DNA of 64,000 nt from Lama glama (taxonomy: Eukaryota), in the NCBI GenBank assembly GCA_028534125.1, contig CM052816.1, positions 41,418,001 to 41,482,000 on the forward strand. The letters are read 5' to 3'. A program made the position numbers and the translations under genes. The notes below the pieces were generated by a model. The model saw only the letters and a list, made by a program, of their open reading frames with translations, made no database searches and was not told the DNA's origin. Of the stretch, positions 40,046 to 51,199 are shown one piece after another; position 1 is the stretch's first letter, and the number at the start of each line of letters is the position of its first letter.

Positions 40046-43000
40046 ATATAATGCACTGGGAACACAGAGTCTGTGCTCAAGCTCACAAAGCAGTATGGAA
40101 ACAAATGCTTTATTACAGTATAATGACATGCTGCACTTAAGAGAATACACAATTTGATGACCTAAAAGGGAGATAAGAGAGCTGCCTGCCATATCTCACA
40201 GGGTGTTGGTACAATTGTGTAAGGGTACTCAACAACTCTTGATAATTTACTTAAACCTACAAAAAAAGTGATTCTTAAGATAGATGGACTATATCCATTT
40301 ACAATGAAATAGATACCTTTCCAATGACTAGAAGAAATGTGTGGCTAGTGTCAAATGTCTGCTAGGAAAGATGGGAGGCAAAGCTTGAATCTGACTGTGA
40401 ACAGACTAATTAAACTATTATATATGTAAATATGTGGTGTACTTAAATATATGTATTTAAAGCAAGGGAGTGATTTCATTAGACTTCAAGTCTGAAGGAA
40501 GCCTATAGGTTGAGGTGGAAGGAAAGATGTAGAGAAAATAATGACTAAGTAAACAAAGTAGTGAGGATTGAGAAGAAAGGCTGAAAATAACATACATGAG
40601 GTAAAATGGACAGTAAATAAAGGATTTAGGAGAGAATGATATAGAATCAAGGCACCAATCTGATTTTGTGAGGTTAGCTACTTAACTTTTTTCTCCTTAC
40701 CTACACTCCTAATTTTTAAGTAGAATCTTTGTATCCACCTCAATGCATATTAGATCTTATACATAGGTGCATCTTAGTATCATCTTTAAGAACTCCACAT
40801 TTCAAATTTAAATTGTGGTTTAAGAATATGTAAGTAAAAATTTCCAAATACAGTGGCCAAAAACAAGGTGGATGAGTCACTGGTGGATAATAGAACAATC
40901 TAAAATAAGTTTTTCCAAACACTACTTAGAACCTAGAAATTGTGCATGTCAGAAAGGGAGTGACAGGCACGTGTAGTTAGAACAAAATTTCCTAGGTGAC
41001 TGGCCCCTGCCCCAGTCCAACACTGGAACCACAGCTCCTCTGATTTTTATGATTAAGAAAATAGAAAATGTAAAGTAAATTTTCACTGTAAGGTTCTTGG
41101 GATTTCATGAGTTCTGTTTATAGAGGACATTGTAAATTTAAGTATCATATTTGGAGAGCTCTTTCTGGCAAAAACCTGGGGAATGATGTCATGGATTGAG
41201 AGTAGAGTATTTTAATATTGTTCTGATTGGTTTAGCAACTTTTTGTATGCAAATTCTCTAATCAACAAGAACATAATTACAGAATTTAAAATCCTATCTT
41301 AGCACCCAAAACATTAACAGAAAAGCAAGAATTGTCTTTGTCTTTATGATGCACATCTCACAATTCTGGGTTAAGTGGTTCTCAATTATCTCCACCTAAG
41401 GATACCCACCAGTAACTAGTTCCAGCAGAGCACATCAGAATTAAGGAACCACAAAGTGTTGTCCTAGGTCTTCTAAAAGTAATATTCTTTTCAAAGAATA
41501 AGAAATTTCCCAAATGGAAAATTAGATAGTGATAAAGACCTTCTGGTTGATGTTAATTTTTAGCAGGAATTTTTGCTAGTCATATGTTGAGATTATCTAC
41601 TGTTTGTATATTGTTTTTAGTACTAAAAAGTATACATACAGAGTTTATTCAAACCAAGGGAAACTGAGAATTTAATTGTGCAGATGAAATATGGTCAAAA
41701 AATACTTTTGTCTTATTTATCAAATGACTTTAAAAAACTGAACTGGCAAGATTGTTCCAGTTTTCCACTTACCTTGTATTTCTCCAGTTTCAATAGTCAT
41801 TTTAAAAGTCTGTGGAGTCATGAAGTATATTACGATTTTACTAAAAATATAAGTCTCCAGTTCAGTATTTTGTTACAAATTTGGCAAGATTTTTTTTCTG
41901 CAAAAAGTGTCTAGAGAGTATATGTACTGTTATGTATCACACCCAAATGGCAACAACAGTTTAAAAAGATTTGACACATGCTTTCAGAAAATATATAAAA
42001 CAGATCAAGTCCATACAGTAATCCTTTCTGTAAGACAATGATAAAATGTAGGATAGTTAAAATGGAAGACTTTACACAGTATTAAAAATTAGCACTTAGT
42101 TCCTATCTCTAGGGTCTTCAGAGATGGAGATTTGTAAGGTCTTATTATACCCCACACCTCAATTTCATAGCTATTAATAACTAGAGAAAAGGAGAGGGAA
42201 ACAAAGAGGCTGCGCACAGATTGTTTTGCAAACTACGGTGGTCTTTCACTATTCATTGATCGCAGACATACACTTTTTAAGACCACGTGTACCTGTTTGC
42301 TGTCCTCTATTCCCCAAGGGTGGGTATACCCTTCCATATAGTGAATACATATTTGGTGTTATGTTTGGAGATCTTTTTTAAGGCTTTGAACCAAACTATT
42401 CAAACAGCTACTAGACTAAAACTTGAATGTTTCCCACACGTGAAAATAATTATTTTGGGAATGCAGCTACTGCATTTAAACTCATTTGGCTTGGAAACTG
42501 AAAAAATGGGATTAGAAAGTTTCAAAAATGACCATTAATCTACAGTGACTCAAGACTGATCTGTGGACGAGAAAAATAACGAAGCGTAAATGGATTTTGA
42601 TTTTAAATAGTTTCAAAAAGAGTGAAGCGGGACACCATCGTGCTTGAAAAGATAGTGTTTCCTTCGACAGATCTAAAGGGTTGTAACTGAGGCCCGCAGT
42701 CATAGTTATGAAAGAAACCGTCAACTAAATTGCAGCACCTTAAACTGAGACAGTTACTAACTTCCCTCGTGTTGCATTTTTGTTGCGATTTGGTACCGCA
42801 CCCTCCACCCTGCCCTCCACCCTGCCCTCCACGGAGGGACCTAGAAAGGGTGAAAGTTTTTTCCTGCACAGGGCAGGAGCTACCCACAAATGAATTAAGA
42901 AGTGTCACAGGGTGTCAAAGACTCTGTCTCTGTTTTTCCTCCGCCTCTTCAGGTCCCCGGCTCCGTATAGGACTTCAGGTCCTCGAGGGAGCCTTTGTCT

Positions 43001-43649
43001 CAGGTCGCCTCAGCGTAGGAGGCGGCGAGAGGTGACCACAATTGCCCAACAGTTGGGTTCCCAGGCTGCCCGGTGTGACGCAGCAACCCCCTCCCCGCCC
43101 CTCCAGACTGGCGCTCAGACCTGGCCGGGGGCCCGGAGTTGCGGGTAGAGGCCTGGGCGACCCGACCCAGAGCACAGCCCCGCCCCCTCGGCTAATCCAG
43201 CACGGCCCTTCCGCGGCTCCCCGAGCCCCGTCAGTCTTCAACATCTCCCCACCCCTGTTTCCCTAGTTCCTTCTCAAACTCTCGGTCGCGACGTCCTTGC
43301 GCAACCGTTCCAAGTGACAGTAGCGTCCATACCCGCACGGAGCGAGCCTGCAGGTTCCACTTCTCGGGGTTCAACGCCGGGCCGCTAAGACATAGCCCGA
43401 GCAAAGAAATGCGGCCCACGGCCGTAGCCACAGTCCAGCAGCCTCTGCGCGGCCGGCGTGCGCGTTCCCACCAGGGCGCGTGCGCGCGCGCGCACGCCGC
43501 CCCGCCACAGCACCAATTGCTTTTTTCCTACGCCCCACGACTCCACAACGTAGCCCGTCCAACGTCCGCGCGCCAGCTGGTGGAGTTCGGCGTGCGTGCG
43601 CCCGCTCACTAGCCTAGCGCCTAGTGGGGAAGGGGAGTGAGCAGAGAAG

Positions 43650-44079
43650 CTGACGTCGCGCGGGAGGCGGAGGCGACGGCGACCTCGGTGGCGGCGGCGG
43701 CGGCGGCTACGACGGAGACGGTTGAGCTTGCTCTCTTGGCGTCATGGCGGCTGCCGGGAGCCGATAAGCGGCGGGAGCGCGCGCGTGGCCGCGGCGGCGA
43801 CGACGACTCGTTATTTCTTGCTTTTCCTGTGCCTGCCGTTGGTGCTTCAATAATGAATTGATTGTTGGATCCGCTCCTCAGGGGATCGCGCGTTAGAGGC
43901 ACGGGCCGGGGCTTCCCCTTCCCCTCCGCGTCCTTCCCCCTCTCCCTCACGGACTCCAGCTTACCCCGAGACGCCCGGAGCCTGAGGACTCACTCGGCGC
44001 GGAGACCGCGGGCCCGGGCGCGGAGGAGGCCGCCGGTCGAGTCGGCTCCCTCCGCCCCGCGAAGCCTGCACGCCCGCCG
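43650..44079 (+). other. CHD1: CHD1 non-coding exon 1 (5' UTR; TSS position approximate)
   Basis: Lies within the CpG island and ends at donor CCG|GTAAGA (44079/44080), about 2 kb upstream of the ATG exon. The start is inferred. Confidence 0.75.
43690..43707 (+). repeat. (GGC)6 trinucleotide tract at the CHD1 5' end
   Basis: GGCGGCGGCGGCGGCGGC read directly. Confidence 0.9.
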
Positions 44080-46278
44080 GTAAGAGAGGGGGCGGCTGGC
44101 GGGTCAGGATGTGACGGGGAGGGCGGGAGTCAGCCAGGCTGAGGGCGGGGGCGGCGCGGTGGCCGGGAGGCGGCCCAGCGACCGGACTCCCGGCACAGGC
44201 CCGGGCGGCTCTGCGAGGGCCGGCGGCCGCCGCCGGGCTTGGAGCGCAGGGGGCGTGTGAGTGGTGAGCACTGACCGGGGCGGCGGAGCGCATCCTCTCG
44301 AACGGGCGTGCAGCTAGCTGGTGGTGGAGCCCAGGCCTCCTCGGCGTGGGGCTGGCCGGGCCGCGAGGGGAGAGCTGCGAGGCGCGAGCGGCGCGCTTGG
44401 CCGGTGCACGAGTCCCGCTGCGACCCGGGCTCTCAGCACGTGGGGAGCGGCGGGGAGGGGGAGGGGGCGGCGGCCCGGGAGGGCGTGGGGTAGGTCTGTG
44501 GGAAGTTTGAGGCGGGAAGGGAGACTCCAGGACTGAGATGGAGGCCCTGAGGTGGACCGGAGGGGTTTGGGAGGCTGATTGGAGCTCTGCTGCTACGGAC
44601 GGATGAGGGAGGAGGAAGGTTTCCCATCTCCTTTCGAGTACCGCTTTGAAAACTTAGAAGGAGTAAAGCAACTGTTAAAAGACGAGGCAAAGAGGCGGAT
44701 TGAAGAGACTTAACGATTTAGGGAGAGTCATTGTTAAGACGCTTGAACCCGCAGGAGAGAACTGCAAGCTTTTGGAGCTTCAGAACTTAGGTGGTAAGAA
44801 GGGTATGGGAAAGAGGATTTAACTTTGAGACGAAGGATAGGGGGAAAAGGAAGTTACAAAGTACAGAGAAAGCCATTTTGAGGGGCAAAAGGAAGGTGAA
44901 AAGAAAGGAACGTAAAGAGGATCAAACTTTCTAAACGAGAGATTTTTCGGGAAAGAGGCAGTTTGTTAGAGTACCTAGCTTTTTAAGATCTAATAGCTTA
45001 ATAGTAAGGCTCTTTGACTAGTTGGAATTAACATTTAACATCAGGAATAAATTGCTTGGAATAATTTTTAGAAAACAGTTCTTGTAAAGTCTCCTGAACT
45101 GTAGTCTCTAGAGAATTAAAATCCCCTTCTAGATGCAGAGTTTGCTATGATTGAATTGGTAGCAGCCTATTTCCCCTCTCTTTTTTTGTGGAATGGAAAT
45201 AATCGTAGGAGTGAATTCTCTTTGCTGAGGTCGGAGGGCAGCTCTGCTTTCAGTCGTCTGTGTCGGTACTTTCTGGCTGGGGAAGGATCTGACGTCTCCT
45301 TCCCCCGCTTCTTCCTCTCCCTCCCCTGCCAGAGATCGCCTTTGTTTATTCGTGGATGGCTTGTAGGTGACTCTCCAGTGTTGTGCTCAAATCTTGAAAG
45401 GTGGAAATGTTGTGTATTGGTCCATGATTTTTGCCCCAAATCCCTTACTTAAAAATCATAGTGTATAGTCTATTAGCGTTTTTTCCCCCCATGGAATCTC
45501 TGCAAATGCAAACTGTATACATATTGTTTAATTCTTAAAACCCCGCCATCGGTTTACCTGTGAAAGAACACATTTATTTTGACCTGTACTTTTTTCTCTC
45601 TCTCTTTTTTTTTTTTTTTGGCTAAGATTATATGCTATCCTTTTATTCTCCTGTTCTCGTGTGAGCGTTTTCAAAACTTTGCCTCACTCTAGTGTATGAA
45701 GTTTTTGGTAATAGGAGTTAGTGCTTGTTAAAGGTAACCTTTTTCCCCGTTCATTTGTTGACCAAGTATCTAATAAGTCTCCATGTTCTCTTCTCGGGAT
45801 GTATGTATGTGTTTTATACTACCATTTGGCTTTAGTTATTTGTGCCTATAATGTGTGATATATATATACACACACAGTTGCTGTTAGTCTAAAAGTTTTA
45901 TCACTCTACAAATATTTTAATTTTTTCTGTTAAAAATAAATAGTGGTATGCTAAATTCTATTAAGTAGTTAAGAATGTAGTTGGTGGAAGCCTAGGTATT
46001 GTGATAAAAAGCCCTCTACCCCTTCCTTAGCACCTCTAAGTTAATTGGCCTAGGTAAATTTGTGTAAGTTCTAAATGGACTTACCTTTATCTCTACAGGA
46101 CATTTTCTTACTTTCTTAATATCTTTTCTTTAGGTGAGTCAGAAAGGGTTCCAGGAAACCTGTGAATGTTGAAGAAAATTCATCTGTGAATTTTTGATAT
46201 TCAAAGAGGAGTCAGTATTTATATTCATCTTTTAAACTGGGAAGATTTATTTTTTGTTTTAAAACCTCGATATTTACA

Positions 46279-46331
46279 ATGAATGGACATAGTGATGAAG
46301 AAAGTGTTAGAAACAGTAGTGGAGAATCAAG
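46279..46331 (+). CDS. CHD1: CHD1 first coding exon (coding part; whole exon 46134-46331), chromodomain helicase DNA-binding protein 1 N-terminus
   Basis: ATG at 46279 (ACAATGA) reads MNGHSDEESVRNSSGES plus a split codon (AG), matching the recalled mammalian CHD1 N-terminus. Donor AAG|GTAAGC follows 46331; acceptor TCTTTTCTTTAG precedes 46134. The next coding exon is not in the window. Confidence 0.96.
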
Positions 46332-46694
46332 GTAAGCACTTTATTATCAAGTATTTATTACGAAAAAAATTGAAAACTGGTGTGAGTCTTCATAGTTTTT
46401 CTAACAGGTGGCAGAGTTTTGAGATTCAGATTCCCTCTTAGCTATCCAAACAGTAAAAAGTTTCTAATACATGAAGCTTTTTGAAAATACAGGTTTTTAA
46501 TTATTTTTTCCCGTTGAGATACACAAAAATTTAAATGTAGAATATTTGGTTTAGTTAAATCTTTTTGAACGTTTGTATCGTTTGGGTTAATAATTGAAGC
46601 TAGAGAAAGTTAAAAAAAAATTTAAATTAATTTGATGTTAGTACACTCTCCAAATAAAGGCAATAAGAATTTCTTTACTAATTTTTTTCCTGGC

Positions 46695-46897
46695 ATTTTA
46701 TCTTCTAATGTAGTGGTGACTAGCCACATGTGGCTATTTTAATTTAAATTAAGTAAAATTACAAAATATTCAAAAGTCAGTTAGTCATATTAGACATATT
46801 TGAAGTGCTGAATAGTCACGTGTGGCTAGTGACAACTGTGACGGATTGCACAGAAAACATTTCTTTTACTGCAAAAAGTTCTTTTGGACACTGCTGA
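46695..46897. mobile_element. MER3-like hAT-Charlie MITE
   Basis: TAGCCACATGTGGCTATTTTAATTTAAATTAA...AATAGTCACGTGTGGCTAGTG...AAAGTTCTTTTGGACACTGCTG. Confidence 0.8.
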
Positions 46898-47139
46898 TCT
46901 GACACTGCTGTTAAAATACTGCTGCAATCCTTTTTTCCCCTTACCTTCTTTTCAAATTCGAGTTTTAATTATATATAAATGAATTAAGAATTCTTACTTG
47001 CAAAGAAGATATGATTTATGGGAATAAACCATGTTAACGTGTAAGAAACCTCTTCAAATACGAAGACTTTAAATTCTTCTCTAGCCCCTAAATTTTAAGT
47101 TACTGGGCATATTAATAATACAGTGCATGTAGTTGTATA

Positions 47140-47380
47140 TGGTTAACAAATGTAGAGATCAGGAATATGTACATTGGAGTCAGACTGCCTGATTACTTAT
47201 CCTAGTTTTACTCCTTATTGGCTGAATTAGAGCGAATTTTTTAACCTCTAAAGCCTTGATTTTGGTACTTACAAAGTGGAGGTTACAGTATTACTTACCT
47301 TATTTAAAGTTGAGGATTAAGTGAGATGCTACATGTAAAGATTAAAATAGTTTATGATAAAATGAACAGTCTGTATTATA
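47140..47380 (+). mobile_element. MIR SINE relic
   Basis: TGGAGTCAGACTGCCTG...TTTAACCTCTAAAGCCTTGA...GAGGATTAAGTGAGATG. Confidence 0.7.
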
Positions 47381-50300
47381 ATTAGCATCATGTTTTATGT
47401 CACATATAATACTTTGTAACTGAAACATTAATACAGTGATGGAGAAATGTTAAGAATAAAGAACAGGAAAGTTTTGCCAGTTAGGAGGACTTAAAAATGT
47501 TGGATAGAAAATGAAACACGGGTATCTGTATTTGACCTGAGACTTGGAATTTTCTGGTTGTGCTTGGTATACTTTATCAGTTTCACAGTTTCTTTGATAA
47601 CAAGAACATCATAGGAAAAAAGGAACAGTATGAAAAGCAGATTGATTTAGCTGAACAAGTATTGGTAACTCTAGGAATTACAAAACCTAAGTTGACTTTG
47701 TCTCTTCCATAACTAGTTCTCAGAATGATTTCTCAACTGTAAAGGAAGGAGAGTTGAATTAAGTGATTTTAAAGTTTTGTCTTAGCATTTAATTTACTAA
47801 GTGTATTAGGATTTCAGACAACAGAGTTTGACTGTAAGCATCAGAGTTGAGCTAAATTAGAAGGCTTGAATCTCAGCTTTGAGTTAAATCTCTACAGGTA
47901 AATATTGACTATAGTAAGTACATAGATAGAAGAGTCATATTGTCCACGTTCTCTTATTCATTAGTGACCAATGAAATGATTCATAGGTAGAAATATTTAG
48001 AGGAAATAACAGGAACCAAACTACCCACAAGATGTGAAATAGGACTCTTGAGGTTAAATCCTCTAATTGAGTATGTAGTGAGATCATGTGCTGTTATATT
48101 CTGACCCCTTACCTGTTACAGTAATCTTTTATGTTGTTGCCACATCTACAGTGAAGGGGAGTAGTTAGTCAAATTTGATAGTATAGATGAAAAAAATTAA
48201 TCCTGTGAAAACAGATTTAAAGGAATCTTTTACAACTCATGTTCATTTTAAATAATTGCAAAGTATATTCTCTGATTATTCTGAGTCATTGTTTCTGCTA
48301 AATAGGTTTTATGTACTTTTGAGAAGTGTGACTGTCGAGTTATCTAGTTCTTGCAGTTGCCTTGGTGTTTATCAGAAGGAAGGAGGCCTGCTTCTATTTT
48401 CCTTTCATTTTCTTCCTTACTGCTGTTAAGCTATTCTTTTCCTTTCTTCCAATGTTATTACTGACCCTTGGCGTACACCTGCCAAAAGCTTTCATCAACA
48501 AGGCAGTATAGAGAAGGAAGAGTGAGGAGGTCAACTTTATAGATACAGGGATTTTCTTGCAAAAAACAAAAAGTTACTGTAACTGTGTATATGAATATAG
48601 AGTAATGAGGGGAAAATATGCTCTTTTAAAATTGGTATTTGTAAATCAGATATAAATTGGAATTTTTAAGGTAAAATTTGATTGTTATTGATTAGAATTT
48701 TTAGATGTATTTTTGCTTCAGATTTTCTTTTCTTTCTGGAAGTTTGTGAAATGAAAAAGAATTAAGCAAGAAGTCATTTGACATTTTTAGTTGATATAAT
48801 TAGCTGTCTACTTAAAAATTTTTTTTTAATGTGAAAACATTTCTATAACCATGGACTGAAAGGGAGCAGAATACATAGGAAAATGTCTCTGGCTATGCTC
48901 TAACTGACAATTTTGAAACGTATTTACTAAGAAATGTGGGTCAGGATGCACCTGTACATAAGTTTCAGCTCAGCACAAAGTTTATTATATAACTGAAGTT
49001 AAGCTTTCTAAAGATACTATCAGAAGATTTCAAAGCATCAGTTCCCAGCTGTGTGATTTCTGTTGTTATTTGTAATGAAGTTTTTCAGATCCTGATTAGA
49101 TATTTTTCATTTTAAAGTTCTCTTGAATGATTTGTCCAGGAATAGATTTATGGATAAAGACCAGAAATACATGGTTACATTTTGCTAATTTTCGGATGAA
49201 TGATAAATGCTTAATACTCAGAAGAATTTTGCTTGCTGTAGATTAAGTTTTCAATAATGTAAATTTGAAAATTTAATCACTTTAGTCTGTGTATTATGCT
49301 CTTGAAAAAGTCTTACCAAGTGAGGGAAATTGTTGATGTGCTATAATGGTCTTAACTATTTAGAATTGATCTAGAGCTGGCAGTTGAACTTTGTTGACCT
49401 GATTCTAAAAAGAATTATTTTTCTTGATTCATTATAGTTTTTTATAGCATTAACAATGCTTGATTTAACATATTTATAAATATGTTTTTAATATGTGTGT
49501 AAATTTTATATTTACTTAGAGGACCTCTGTTGCAATTAAATTTCTTTGGCTTATTGAAAATATTTTAATTGTTTTAATGCTTCAGGAATCTTTGGATCTC
49601 ACCCTGTAGTGTTTGGGTAGGCAGTGAGTAGGAATTATGACCAATGGAAATGTTCTAAATGAAAACCTCATTTATTTAGAGTCTCTAAAAGCTTTTTTAA
49701 AGGCTTTAAGAAAGAAGCCCGATAGTCTAAATGGACTGTTAAGGAACACCAACTCCAAGTTTATTTGAACACAGGGCCACGTTTTTCACCATATATGTGT
49801 TAATGTCCTGTTTACAACTATGGTGTACCATTTTTGGAAACATTGCTTTCATGTATATACACACCAGAAATATTTCTTTCCATCAACATCAGTTTCTTTT
49901 AATAAATAAATCTGAACTATTTCTAAAGGCAATACCAGTTAAAATGGTGTTTCCTGATCTTACTTTGAAGTTTTCTCAAGAGTTTTTTTTTTAAAAGGGT
50001 CAGTTTATTCTTAAATTTCCAAAATTTCTGCTAGGAGCATTTTAAGGAGGACAGGAAAATGTGATATCACAAAGCCAAAATGGCTAGAAATCATTTAGTT
50101 AAGGAAACTGGTTTTTTAAATTTCCTGTGATGTCATTAATTGCAGGAAAGTATGACTCTTCTATGTCTCATTTTTTGTTGAACCCTATTTCTCGATGCTT
50201 TCATTATCTTTTCCTATTTTTTCTTTCATGAAATATCTTGTACATGCTACTGAATGTAAGATCCTTTCTTATGCTTTGAGAACTCAAACTGTTAAGCAGG

Positions 50301-51199
50301 AACTTTGGTAATAGGTTGCTCTATCCAAACAATTCACTGAATTAAGATTTTCACAGAACTTCCTAGGATTGTGGCTAATCTAGATTACTGTAATACACTT
50401 AGACTAATTTTTAACTGGTAAGGATAAGAGAATCAAATGTGACTTGACTTTTGAAGACATTACTTTTATTTACATAGACATGAGATAATGTGGGGACAAT
50501 GTGCAGTCGCCCCTTTTTTATATTGCTTAGGTCATTGCTTATTTAAGATCTTGATGACTTGTGCATTATAGCTGGTACAGTTCTATGTTTAAAAATATGA
50601 GTATTTGTGGTGAAGACATATAGAATTGATGGAGAAAACTTTTTTTTGCATTTTTTATTAAATAATTTAAAAATACTACAGAAATAGAAAAGTTACAGCT
50701 CCAGGTGTGGTCCTTGGGCCAGAAACATTGGCATCACCTGGGAGTTGTTCAGAATGTCCAACCTTGGACCTCACCCCAGACCTATTTAATCAGAATCTTC
50801 ATTTTAACAAAGATTCTCAAGTGATTTGTATTCATACTAAATTTATATGCATTTATATGAAGCTGTTTGACTGGAGTCATTCACCAGCTTGCCACTTTTT
50901 TTTTCATTATTGATGTTGTTACTATGACACATGTTTTTTATTTTCTGGGAACCCCCGGAGAACTTTGTCATAGGCCATGCCATGCCAGCAAGATGCTGGA
51001 TAGATTTCATTTCTCTAGAAACAGTAATAATGACAACCAATAAATATGGAGCTCTTATTCTAAGCCATGGTGTGCATAGTGCATGGTGTATTTATGAATT
51101 TATCATAGCTTATCCTTATGAAATTCCTGTGATGTGTGAAGTACTATGATTCCCACTCTCCAGAAGGGGAAACCAAGTTTATACTCCTTTTAAAAGCCT

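Larger units (their letters stand above)
42900..44620. promoter_or_regulatory. CpG island / CHD1 promoter (possibly bidirectional)
   Basis: Abrupt rise in GC and CpG density against an AT-rich background. Contains GC boxes, NRF1-like GCGCGCGC tracts (43455-43497), CRE-like TGACGTCG (43651-43658) and YY1-like CATGGCGGC (43743-43751). Confidence 0.93.

Noticed and set aside
42603..44690. Dense overlapping Ala/Arg/Pro/Gly-rich ORFs on both strands
   Set aside because: Stop-codon depletion is expected in a CpG island, and there is no recognisable protein.
44500..44800. Possible alternative CHD1 first exon ending at GTG|GTAAGA (~44793)
   Set aside because: Only a donor-like motif, with no further support from the sequence alone.
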